From positions 341,017 to 405,016 of the IMG/VR virus record IMGVR_UViG_3300027899_000001: a stretch of 64,000 nucleotides of DNA; one strand, written 5' to 3'. The notes beneath the pieces were generated by a model. It had not been told where the DNA came from. It did no database searches and saw only the letters and a list, made by a program, of their open reading frames with translations. How positions within the stretch are numbered: the first letter of the stretch is position 1; the number at the start of each line of letters is the position of its first letter. Of this stretch, positions 1 through 8,883 are shown piece after piece. The position numbers were made by a program, and so were the translations under genes.

Positions 1-896
1 TTGGGGTCAATTCCCATACTTTGATAATGTTTAATAACTTTTTCTGCAAAATGAAATGGATTTCCACTATCATGTCTTACACCATCAAAAAGCTTTGAGA
101 ATTTTTTTCCAAATGATTTAAAGAATGATTCTGTTGTAAATGTATCTGTAAGAGCAATTCCAAGATCACCTTGATAAACATTTGACCAGTTTTCAAGAGC
201 TAAAAAATTTGCTTGTTTAAATCCATATTTTGCAGCATGAAACATAAACCATTCATGTGCATGAGTTCCTATTGGAGTAAGATTAAACATATGAGCAAAG
301 TGTACATTAGAAGTTCCATTAAAATTATCTCTCATACTAAATGCTAAATCTTCTACAACTTCTTTTTGATTTTCATATGAATATCTTCTACGAGTTCCAA
401 ATTCAGAAATCTTAACTCCATGATTATTAAATAATGCAGCTTTTTTTAGATTATTTTGTTCTCTTTCTACTCTTGAATTTATTTTTTCTCCCGTCATTTT
501 AAAATACAATTCAGATATAAGAGCAAGAAGTGGAACTTCCCAAAGAATTGTACGATACCAGTAGCCTTCTACAGTTACTTGAAGTTCACTTCCATTTTGT
601 ATAACTCCAACTTCTGAAGGATTATATCTATATCCTGCCAAAAAATCAAAATACGCAGGATCGATATATTTACATTTAGTTTCAAAGAAGTGTTTTTCTG
701 CAGTCAAAAGTTTAAGAGAAGACATATGAGAAATTTGTAATCTTAGTTCTTCTGCAAATCCTTCTGGAAAATTTACTTTTGAACGAACTATTAATGCATA
801 TTTAACTTTTGCTCTTGGAAAAAGTTTTAACACTGCATTCATCATACTAAATTTATAAAGATCGTTATCGAGTATTGATGTAATTATAGGTTCCAT
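1..896 (-). CDS. pncB: Nicotinate phosphoribosyltransferase (runs off left edge of window)
   Basis: Manual translation from ATG at 896: MEPIITSILDNDLYKFSM...SEFGTRRRYS...GTSNVHFA...PIGTHAHEW...ALTDTF...DGVRHDSGNP, all NAPRTase motifs. Absent from ORF track because the stop is outside the window. Confidence 0.95.
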   Translation of the reverse strand, partial: MEPIITSILDNDLYKFSMMNAVLKLFPRAKVKYALIVRSKVNFPEGFAEELRLQISHMSSLKLLTAEKHFFETKCKYIDPAYFDFLAGYRYNPSEVGVIQNGSELQVTVEGYWYRTILWEVPLLALISELYFKMTGEKINSRVEREQNNLKKAALFNNHGVKISEFGTRRRYSYENQKEVVEDLAFSMRDNFNGTSNVHFAHMFNLTPIGTHAHEWFMFHAAKYGFKQANFLALENWSNVYQGDLGIALTDTFTTESFFKSFGKKFSKLFDGVRHDSGNPFHFAEKVIKHYQSMGIDP

Positions 897-897
897 T

Positions 898-1365
898 TTA
901 TATTTTTTTAGCATGAAAATAAGTGACTCCATCAATTTCTGTCATATCAAGAATTTTAAATTGATATGCACTAAATAATGCTGTTACAATTCTTGGTGTT
1001 AACGATCTATCAATTTTATTATCTAATAAATTAAATATAACATCTATAAGCTTTCCATATAATATATGAGTTTTTAAACTCAACATAGGTTTACTTGCTA
1101 TAAATTTTCCATATACATAAGTATTCTTTTTTAAAAGATTATTAAAATCTTTAATAGTATCGTCTAAATATTTAATTTCATTTAATTTTTTAAGATGAAC
1201 AAGCGTTTTAATTCCTTTTAGTTCATCTTTATCATAGAAATAAAAATGTTTTCCCGAAAGAAATAAAACTTTTTCATCTTTAACTTTTTTATGTTTTTGC
1301 ACATATGCATGCATAACATGATCATATGTTTCATCTTTATATTGAATATCATTAAAACTTTTCAT
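898..1365 (-). CDS. Hypothetical protein
   Basis: 155-aa ORF tightly packed in the operon. Confidence 0.7.
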   Translation of the reverse strand: MKSFNDIQYKDETYDHVMHAYVQKHKKVKDEKVLFLSGKHFYFYDKDELKGIKTLVHLKKLNEIKYLDDTIKDFNNLLKKNTYVYGKFIASKPMLSLKTHILYGKLIDVIFNLLDNKIDRSLTPRIVTALFSAYQFKILDMTEIDGVTYFHAKKI

Positions 1366-1367
1366 TA

Positions 1368-1733
1368 TTATCTTATTCTAAATGTATCAAAAAATGTTCT
1401 AAACGATAGTCTTTTTTTCAAAATTATTGTTTCAGATACGTATTGAGTATCATTTTCATAATATTTTGTTCCTTTAGGAATTATGAATTTAAATACAGTT
1501 AAGTAAGAATGAGCATCATCTGCCGCAATTTTAAAACTTTTATATGAATGATAGCCTATGTTAATAGAAACTTGATCATAATAAAAAGTAGCATCAAATT
1601 CTACTTTTTTATTTAAAAGATTTTTAGTATATTGAAAATCTGTAAACCAAGATATTCCTCTTCTAGTCATAGTTTTATAACAAACTATATCTTTTTTTGC
1701 TGTTTTAAGAACATTTTTTCCAGTAAAACACAT
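1368..1733 (-). CDS. Hypothetical phage protein
   Basis: 121-aa ORF; KKDIVCYK...GYHSY...FIIPKGTKYY pattern. Confidence 0.7.
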   Translation of the reverse strand: MCFTGKNVLKTAKKDIVCYKTMTRRGISWFTDFQYTKNLLNKKVEFDATFYYDQVSINIGYHSYKSFKIAADDAHSYLTVFKFIIPKGTKYYENDTQYVSETIILKKRLSFRTFFDTFRIR

Positions 1734-1744
1734 ATTTTTAATTT

Positions 1745-2649
1745 TTAAAAGATTAGACTTCCTTCATCATCCCAACGACAATATAATTTACTATTTTCTC
1801 TTAAGATAACATATTTAAGAGATTCGTTATTGCCTTTAGACATACAATCATCATCAATAACAACTGACATTCCATTTATAGAATAAACTTTTGCACCAAA
1901 CGGAAGAGTATAAAGAAATTCACCATTTCCCGCCTTTTTAGGAAACATTCTCTCAGTTCCTATATATGCATTTTCTCCTGTAATATATTTCTTAATAGCA
2001 CTTATAGTTTCGTCTTTACATGCATTTTCTTTAACCCATTCACCTTCGTCATTTATAATAAATCCATCTTTATCTAACTCATAATATATTTTTCTAAAAG
2101 TAACTTGATTTGCACCAAGAAATTTACATCTAGCTATAATTTCTTTTGGAGTATGATTATCATATTCTTTTAACATATTAAGACTTAAACGAATATTAAA
2201 TCCTCGTGATTTAAGTAAAGAAATTAATTCTGATAAGTTAAATTTTAATTTTTTAGAAACTCCAATTATATTTAAATTATTTTCATCAGAAAAAATATCA
2301 GCAACAGAAAGACTTATCGTATTTACTTGAAGTTTTTGTAATAATCAATATTATCATCATCTAATAATACTCCAGTAGTTTGTAACTCAACATTAGGAAA
2401 TGGATAATTTAAATCTTTAAATAAAACAGATAAAACTTTTAAGAAATTTGTATTTTGCAAAGCTTCTCCTGTTCCTGTAAGAATACAAGTATTTACTCCA
2501 TTCATTACAGCATACTTAATACGTTTTTCTATTTGAATATACATAAAAGTATCTTCATATGGAGAATCATGCATTCTACTTACACAAAATGGACATTTAT
2601 TTACACAACTTTTTGTAGGAACTACGATAGAAATTGTCTAAATGTTCAT
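1745..2649 (-). pseudogene. Radical SAM protein interrupted by TAG at codon 4 and a -1 frame break near 2332-2345
   Basis: ATG AAC ATT TAG ACA ATT... continues in frame to CVNKCPFC (CxxxCxxC), ILTGTGEAL and ELQTTG. The -1 frame then continues QKLQVNTISLS... into the listed 1745..2176 ORF. Confidence 0.8.
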
Positions 2650-2715
2650 ATATTAATTATTATTGTGTAAATATAATACTAATTTCTGAATTAAAAAAAT
2701 ATTTTGCTATTTATT

Positions 2716-3366
2716 TTAAATATTTCCTATAAAAGAAAGTGTAAGAGAATCTACATAATAAACTTTAGCTTGTGTAAAAGCTTCTATAGTTTCTGACAAA
2801 TCTGAATTTATTGATTTACACGCATCTTCAATAACATATGTATTAAAACCTTCCATTGCTGCATCTATTGCAGTTTCTTTCACACAATAATCTAGAGCTA
2901 AACCACATACGTAAACTTCAACTACATTTCTTTCATTAAGAAAATCTTGAAGTTTTTTAGGAGCATCTGGATTTATTATTTTTGATCTATCAAATGCACT
3001 ATAAACATGATTATTCCTTTCCATGCCTTTTTTAAAGATATAAAAATCTTTTTTGCATTTTGATAAATTCAGATCTGGATGAAATGAAGCACCTAATGTA
3101 TCTGCTACACAATGATCAGGCCAAAGAATATCTTTTTCTCCATTTTCTCTTACGTAACTATCGTAAACAGAAGCTCCGGGATGTTGTGAGGCGAAAGCAT
3201 CCATTTCTGGATCATGCCAATCTTGTGTAAATATAACTAAATCAAATCTTTCAAGGAGATCATTAACTACGGGTACAATTTTGTCTCCATCTGGTACTGC
3301 TAGTGATCCTCCAGGGCAAAAATCTCTTTGCAAATCGATCACTATTAATGCTTTTTTCTTTATCAT
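2716..3366 (-). CDS. pncA: Nicotinamidase/pyrazinamidase (isochorismatase family)
   Basis: IDLQRDFCPGGSLAV, TQDWH, WPDHCV, KG...YSAF, GLALDYCV motifs. Confidence 0.95.
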   Translation of the reverse strand: MIKKKALIVIDLQRDFCPGGSLAVPDGDKIVPVVNDLLERFDLVIFTQDWHDPEMDAFASQHPGASVYDSYVRENGEKDILWPDHCVADTLGASFHPDLNLSKCKKDFYIFKKGMERNNHVYSAFDRSKIINPDAPKKLQDFLNERNVVEVYVCGLALDYCVKETAIDAAMEGFNTYVIEDACKSINSDLSETIEAFTQAKVYYVDSLTLSFIGNI

Positions 3367-3367
3367 A

Positions 3368-3526
3368 TCATCTTATAGTTTGAATTTCATATTCATCATA
3401 TCCATCTCTTGATTCATCTGAATCTATACATACAATTTCTAATCCAAATGATTGTAAAGCGTCTGATATATTGTCTACAATTTCATCAGCTCTATCATCA
3501 TAATCTACTCTAAATTTTGATTTCAT
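3368..3526 (-). CDS. Small acidic hypothetical protein (52 aa)
   Basis: Manual translation MKSKFRVDYDDRADEIVDNISDAL...; fills the gap between nadE and pncA with overlapping stop/start. Confidence 0.6.
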   Translation of the reverse strand: MKSKFRVDYDDRADEIVDNISDALQSFGLEIVCIDSDESRDGYDEYEIQTIR

Positions 3527-4458
3527 AATTCTTCCTTTTTATTTTTAACATATCTATTGTATATACTATTTTCATTTTCTATTATATCGTGTCTATATAT
3601 ATTGACAGGATTATTTCTTTTGAATTGAGATTTTAAATGTCGTTGAATGACAGAGTGTTGACGCATTTTATTAATTTCATCCATATATACTGCATTAACA
3701 GTTGGTGAATGTTTTTCAATAAAGTCTAAATATTCTTTAAGTATTCTATCAACTTCTTTATAACCATCTCTAGAATTTCCTGTCCAGTCTGGCATTATTT
3801 GTCCAAGATCTCCAAGATTTGTAACTCCAAGGCCATCAGTTGCAAGTGCAGTTATCGTATTTATTATTGTACTTCCTGCTTCATAATTTCCAGCATATTC
3901 ATTCATAGTTAACCATTCTGCCATATCATATACTTCTGTTTTCCAAAGATTTTGTATCATACCATAATCACCTACATCACCATGAAGAGTCCAAAAACCA
4001 AGAAGAAATTCTGTATAATTATCAGTAGAAAGAACTATTCCACGATGATATGAAGCTAAATCATACAAATAAATCATACGCAGTCTTGCTTTAAGATTTC
4101 CATTACGTATACGACTTGATGAACCTTCAGGATTAGGCGCATGAAACAGCATATTAGATTCCATTTTGGAATACATAAAATTATATTCTTCTTCAACGCT
4201 ATGCTCTAAGAATTTTGTACAAAATACTTTTCCTGTTAATTTGGCTCTTTCTAATTCTTCTGGTTGATTTGAACTTACTGGCAAACTTCTTCCTATAAGT
4301 GGAATATTTAATTCATCACAAACTGGTCTAGCAAGTGCTGCGCAAAGACAACTATCTATTCCACCTGAAATCCCTATAATAAGAGACTTTATATTATTGT
4401 TTGTAATATACAGACTTAATTCTTTTCGAATATTCGATACTGCTATTTGATAATTCAT
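3523..4458 (-). CDS. nadE: NH3-dependent NAD+ synthetase
   Basis: GISGGIDS PP-loop, GNLKARLRM, TDNYTE...GFWTLHGD, LWKTEVY; no glutaminase domain. Confidence 0.93.
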   Translation of the reverse strand: MNYQIAVSNIRKELSLYITNNNIKSLIIGISGGIDSCLCAALARPVCDELNIPLIGRSLPVSSNQPEELERAKLTGKVFCTKFLEHSVEEEYNFMYSKMESNMLFHAPNPEGSSSRIRNGNLKARLRMIYLYDLASYHRGIVLSTDNYTEFLLGFWTLHGDVGDYGMIQNLWKTEVYDMAEWLTMNEYAGNYEAGSTIINTITALATDGLGVTNLGDLGQIMPDWTGNSRDGYKEVDRILKEYLDFIEKHSPTVNAVYMDEINKMRQHSVIQRHLKSQFKRNNPVNIYRHDIIENENSIYNRYVKNKKEEL

Positions 4459-4466
4459 ATTATTTT

Positions 4467-4700
4467 TTATTTACGTATTATCCAAAATAATAACCAAAGT
4501 ATAGTCGTGGGTATCCAAATTGCCCAAGTAAATATTGAAAATTTTTCACTATTTTTTGCCCAACATAAAAATGTTAAAATAGCAGAAGTAGCACTCATTA
4601 AAAATAATACACCTGGATAAATAGGGATAAAAAGATTTCCTACTATTAAAATTACAGTAGTAATTATTAAAGCCATTGTGAAATTTTCAAAAATTTTCAT
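4467..4700 (-). CDS. Small membrane protein
   Basis: Three hydrophobic segments. Confidence 0.6.
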   Translation of the reverse strand: MKIFENFTMALIITTVILIVGNLFIPIYPGVLFLMSATSAILTFLCWAKNSEKFSIFTWAIWIPTTILWLLFWIIRK

Positions 4701-4727
4701 ATTTATTTGTGTTTAATTATTAAAAAA

Positions 4728-5231
4728 TTATAAATCATTTTCTTTGTGTTTACACCAAGTTAGATATTCATCTTGATCTCTTATCCATTGTAATAATTCT
4801 GGATCAGTAACTTGTTCATGTTCTATTTTAGACCATAATTCGTTATCTCTTTCATTTTTATCATATTGATTAACGAAATATATTTTCTTAATTCCCGCTG
4901 CTATTATATTTTTCAAACATTCACTGCAAGGTTCAAGTATACAATAAAGTTCTGCTTCTTCAATAGCAATTCCATGTTTGGCTGCAAAATTAATAGCATT
5001 CATTTCAGCATGAACCTCATATTTTTTAGACCAATTATGATGGGCTTCTCTATCAGTTAGAAAATTATAATTAGGAAAATGATCACAACAATTTTCAAAT
5101 CCTTTAGGTGTCCCATTTATTCCCGTGGAAATAATTCTTCTATCATGAACAATAAGAGCTCCCACTTGTCTTGAGACACATTTAGATTCTTGTCCAAGTA
5201 AATATGCTGTTTTAAGAAAGAAATGTTTCAT
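4728..5231 (-). CDS. dCMP deaminase
   Basis: SKCVSRQVGA, HAEMNAI, EPCSEC zinc-binding motifs. Confidence 0.92.
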   Translation of the reverse strand: MKHFFLKTAYLLGQESKCVSRQVGALIVHDRRIISTGINGTPKGFENCCDHFPNYNFLTDREAHHNWSKKYEVHAEMNAINFAAKHGIAIEEAELYCILEPCSECLKNIIAAGIKKIYFVNQYDKNERDNELWSKIEHEQVTDPELLQWIRDQDEYLTWCKHKENDL

Positions 5232-5479
5232 TTGAATTCTGCTTCTAAATTTCTTAAATGTTCATTAGTATATTCGTATTCTATTTTATCTTCATAATCA
5301 TAAAGATATATTTTATCTTTACATACTTTTGTTATTTTACACTTAAAATTTTTCCAAGAATAACAATTATATAAATTATCTACAACTCCTGACCAATTAT
5401 ATTTTTTACCTTCAACTAGTTGAAAACCATCATGAGTTACAAATATCTTTTTGGGTTTTTTCTTAAATGGATTTTTCAT
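5228..5479 (-). CDS. Hypothetical protein
   Basis: 83-aa ORF with ATGA-type overlaps on both sides. Confidence 0.6.
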   Translation of the reverse strand: MKNPFKKKPKKIFVTHDGFQLVEGKKYNWSGVVDNLYNCYSWKNFKCKITKVCKDKIYLYDYEDKIEYEYTNEHLRNLEAEFK

Positions 5480-5679
5480 GGTCTTAAGCTTTTTTGTTCA
5501 TTTTCTTCTCCATCGCCATCCATTAAAGTAGCAATCATGTTAATAGATTCAAGAATAGATTGTCTTAACATTTTAATCCAAGTTTCATAATCCTCTACTT
5601 TTGTGATATTAGGACGAATTGTTACGTTTTTTAGATTTTCACAAACAGTTTTAAGCACTTTCTTTTCTAACTTTTCCAT
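5476..5679 (-). CDS. Hypothetical protein
   Basis: 67-aa ORF, first gene after a promoter motif. Confidence 0.6.
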   Translation of the reverse strand: MEKLEKKVLKTVCENLKNVTIRPNITKVEDYETWIKMLRQSILESINMIATLMDGDGEENEQKSLRP

Positions 5680-5765
5680 ATTGTTATTTGTTTATTATAA
5701 TGCTAATATATAAAAAATATGAATACGATGTGATTTTTTGTTGTTAATTTTTTGTTAAAAAAGCA

Positions 5766-5789
5766 AAAGGGAGAATTTCTTCTCCCTTT
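5766..5789 (-). terminator. Intrinsic terminator after Ro60 gene
   Basis: aaagggaga-N6-tctcccttt hairpin followed by a U-rich tail on the minus strand. Confidence 0.75.
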
Positions 5790-5797
5790 CTATTCTA

Positions 5798-7501
5798 TTA
5801 GATTTCAATCTTGTTGATTTCATCTATGATTACCTGTGGGTTTATTTCAACCTGAGGAATCTTTTCGTAGATGTCTTGACCGTAGCCGTAAAGACGGAAT
5901 ACTCTGTTTCCACCCTTTATAGGAGCAGTTGCTGCATATCCGCATACGTTGATGATGTATACGTATGGTGTTCCGAACTTCTTGCAGTATCCTGCATAAG
6001 AATTTTCTACATTGCTGTATCCATCCTGTTCGTCAGAGATGATAAGAATTCTATCGTACTGCTTGTTAGTTCTTTCAAACAACTTGAAGCAAGAACCGAA
6101 ATCTGTACCGTGACCGCAACATCCGTTGTAGGACATGAACTTCTGCTTTAACGTATTGATTGAATCGATTGGGTTCCAACCTACAATCTGTTCAGCAGTA
6201 GAAGCGAAATGGTATACATCTCCACCAACACCCTTTGCAAATGTTGCAGCTACAAGTGCAGCCTTGTCAGCTGGCTTCTTATTGATAGCCTTCTTAGGGT
6301 CACCATTAAGATAAATGCTGGAGTATCCACCTTTCATAGAACCTGATGTATCGAATACAACTGCTGTTCTACCTTCTGGAAGCAAGTTCTGAAGGTTTGG
6401 AATTGACAATTCATATGCTGTTGAAAGTGCCTTTGCAACCTTAGCCAACTGTGTTCCGTTGAATTCAAGTGTCATCACTTCAAGAGCAATGTCAATCTGG
6501 TGTGGCCATACAAGAGACTTACGGATGAATTCCTTTTCAACAAGTAAATCGCACGCCTTGTCAAGAAGAACAGTATCATTGGTCTTAAGAATGTTACGTA
6601 CGTTACGAAGTAATGCAAGGTACCCAATCTTCTTAGTTTCAATAAGTTCCTTGTAGTTTTCAGTCTTAGCTTCATTAAGTTCAACAGTTGCCTGTTCCTT
6701 AGTGATAGTTCCAGCCTTAACCTTTTCAGCTACAACCTTTCCTGCTTCAGTATTCTTATCTTCAACAGTGTTGAACTGCTTAAGAACGCCAAGAACAAGA
6801 GCCTTAAGAGTTGGAAGACCAACATTACCATTTTCAGGTGCATCTAAAAGATATTCATCCTTTTCGAACTTAGTACCCTTAACAGCCTTCAAGTATTCAG
6901 CTTCTGATACAAATACTGTTCCATTTATAGGTGTTTCATGTGGGTGCACTAAGTTAACGATGTCAACAAGGCTTACACCACGTGACTTCATCTGGTACTT
7001 AGCTAACTGATATGCATCTGCATGTTCAATTGCATCCTTGAATCCCTTCTTAATAGCGTTTGGAATTGGTGCTTCTACACCATTCTTAGCCTGGTAACAT
7101 GCAAGAATTTCTGCCATGTCATCAAGACGATAAACGATACCTCCACGATTTTCCTTACGGTCTCTCTTAGAGAAGAATCTCTTAGCGATTTCAGAACCTG
7201 CAAGGTGAGGGATTAATTCTACTGCACCGTAATGAGTAACAGAACGCTGTCCAAATACTGTACGTGCATAGATAAGTGCCTTAGCTGCGAATAATGCATT
7301 CTTCTGCGCAACTCTATTGATAACTTCACGGAATCTCTTTTCACGTTCAGTTTCCTTTTCGTAATAAGTATTATCTAAACCAGTAGATAAAATACCAATT
7401 AATTCATGTTCTGGCTTCTGTGTTAAACCAGTTCCACCCTGTAAAGTTACAGTTTCCTTAACTTCTGGGTTGCTTACTCTCTTTTCATTGTACTTTGACA
7501 T
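5798..7501 (-). CDS. rsr: Ro60-related TROVE + vWA RNA-binding protein
   Basis: TROVE features (YARTVFGQRSV, YQLAKY, LVDIVNLVHP, GYLALLRNVRNI) and vWA MIDAS DTSGSM, GTD, IISDEQ. Confidence 0.92.
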   Translation of the reverse strand: MSKYNEKRVSNPEVKETVTLQGGTGLTQKPEHELIGILSTGLDNTYYEKETEREKRFREVINRVAQKNALFAAKALIYARTVFGQRSVTHYGAVELIPHLAGSEIAKRFFSKRDRKENRGGIVYRLDDMAEILACYQAKNGVEAPIPNAIKKGFKDAIEHADAYQLAKYQMKSRGVSLVDIVNLVHPHETPINGTVFVSEAEYLKAVKGTKFEKDEYLLDAPENGNVGLPTLKALVLGVLKQFNTVEDKNTEAGKVVAEKVKAGTITKEQATVELNEAKTENYKELIETKKIGYLALLRNVRNILKTNDTVLLDKACDLLVEKEFIRKSLVWPHQIDIALEVMTLEFNGTQLAKVAKALSTAYELSIPNLQNLLPEGRTAVVFDTSGSMKGGYSSIYLNGDPKKAINKKPADKAALVAATFAKGVGGDVYHFASTAEQIVGWNPIDSINTLKQKFMSYNGCCGHGTDFGSCFKLFERTNKQYDRILIISDEQDGYSNVENSYAGYCKKFGTPYVYIINVCGYAATAPIKGGNRVFRLYGYGQDIYEKIPQVEINPQVIIDEINKIEI

Positions 7502-7545
7502 AGTGTACCTCCTTTTTTTACTATTAGTTTATACTAAAGAATTAA

Positions 7546-7776
7546 TTAACATATTACTATAAAATGTTTTCTGTTTTCATTATCTTCACACTTAACAGGC
7601 ATGAATCTTTTATCTTCATAATCTTCTCTTGCAACTTGCATCCAACCATTTTCGGTTCCTGCTGGATTGTCTCTATTTGCTACCTCAAGTATTTCTTCAT
7701 CAGTAGCGTCCCATTCTGCGCAAACTTGCATATAACATATGCCTATCATCGGCTGTGAAACTATTACTCTTTCCAT
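7546..7776 (-). CDS. Hypothetical protein, co-transcribed upstream of Ro60
   Basis: 76-aa ORF with MQVC...NPAGTENGW...C...H...C pattern. Confidence 0.7.
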   Translation of the reverse strand: MERVIVSQPMIGICYMQVCAEWDATDEEILEVANRDNPAGTENGWMQVAREDYEDKRFMPVKCEDNENRKHFIVIC

Positions 7777-7795
7777 ATTAAATTTTATTAAAAAT

Positions 7796-7834
7796 AAAAA
7801 AGCCTGAGTAATTTTTTACGATTTCTCAGGCTTT
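7796..7834 (-). terminator. Intrinsic terminator in the leader of the Ro60 operon
   Basis: AAAGCCUGAG...CUCAGGCUUU 10-bp stem followed by UUUAUUUUU on the minus strand. Confidence 0.8.
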
Positions 7835-7878
7835 GCAATATAATCATAAAGTTCAAGTTATGAGCTATGCAAATAAAA

Positions 7879-7955
7879 GTTGAGAAATCTGAGAAGAGTT
7901 TAAATTGAAAATTCTAATAAAGATCGTTCGATGTAACTCTTTCTCTTACTACAAT
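7879..7955 (-). ncRNA. Y-RNA-like element, copy 1 (Ro60 operon leader)
   Basis: UUGUAGUAA-GAGAAAGAGU-UACAUCG...ACUCUUCUC-AGA-UUUCUCAA; ends pair; conserved with three other copies. Confidence 0.65.
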
Positions 7956-8098
7956 CAATTATATTATTATATATAAAGTCAAAAACTCTTTGTTTTTAGA
8001 CTTAGTGTTAAAATTTTGTTAAAGATTTATTTATTAAAATTATAGTGTAAATATAATAAAAATTCTTGACAGAAAAAACTTTTTATGTTAAAATTTTG

Positions 8099-8692
8099 TT
8101 AAAATAATGAAATATTTTTGGTACGATGTAATAATCCATATATTATAAATGCATGACCCATCTTTTTATTTGGATCTGTAATAACATCCATAAGAGATTT
8201 ATTCATCTTAACATGATTGTATCCATCAAAATCTATCAAATAAATATCTCGTTTTTCAGTTTTATATAATTCTAAAAGTTGCTTATATGCTTCGCTTTGT
8301 AATAAAGCTCTTTTATAAATAGGAATGTAAATTTTAATTCTTGCTTGAATATATGATAATTTTTCTCCATCCCAATAACTATATAAAGGTTTTGCATCTC
8401 TACCCATAGGATATCTGTGAGCAAAATTATCATTCCATATTTTTTCAGCCCATTCAAAATATGCTGGAGAAGGATCGCCTTTTTCATCTACAAATTCTTT
8501 ATATACCTTTGATGCTTGCCAGGCGTTTTCTACATTCTTTGCATAATATCCTTTATACAAATGCCCGCCCGGAAGAACAAAAGGAGATAAACCTTGAGTC
8601 CAATTTCCTGAACCTGCTCTTGAAGTTGTATTAATTACTACTGCGCCCTCAGGTATCTCATACCTTTTAGCGTATGATTCTACGTATAACAT
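8099..8692 (-). CDS. Conserved hypothetical protein (DUF6939-like, possibly NADAR-related)
   Basis: TTSR...LSPF...NVENAWQASKVY...YIQARIKIYIPIY...GHA pattern; family assignment from memory. Confidence 0.55.
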   Translation of the reverse strand: MLYVESYAKRYEIPEGAVVINTTSRAGSGNWTQGLSPFVLPGGHLYKGYYAKNVENAWQASKVYKEFVDEKGDPSPAYFEWAEKIWNDNFAHRYPMGRDAKPLYSYWDGEKLSYIQARIKIYIPIYKRALLQSEAYKQLLELYKTEKRDIYLIDFDGYNHVKMNKSLMDVITDPNKKMGHAFIIYGLLHRTKNISLF

Positions 8693-8883
8693 AGTGTAAA
8701 TATAATAAAAAATTCTGAATTGAAAATATTTATGTGTTAAAATTTTGTTAAAATGATGAAACTAAACTTTATAGTTAATATATAAATTATATAACCTTGT
8801 ACTTGGGGGTTTAGTGTTTGAAAGAACATTCGAGTTGGAGAAATACCAACGAATAAATTCTCAAATATAAAATAACATAAGGA

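Noticed and set aside
5876-7216. Several plus-strand ORFs opposite Ro60
   Set aside because: Antisense shadows favoured by the biased codon usage of the Ro60 gene.
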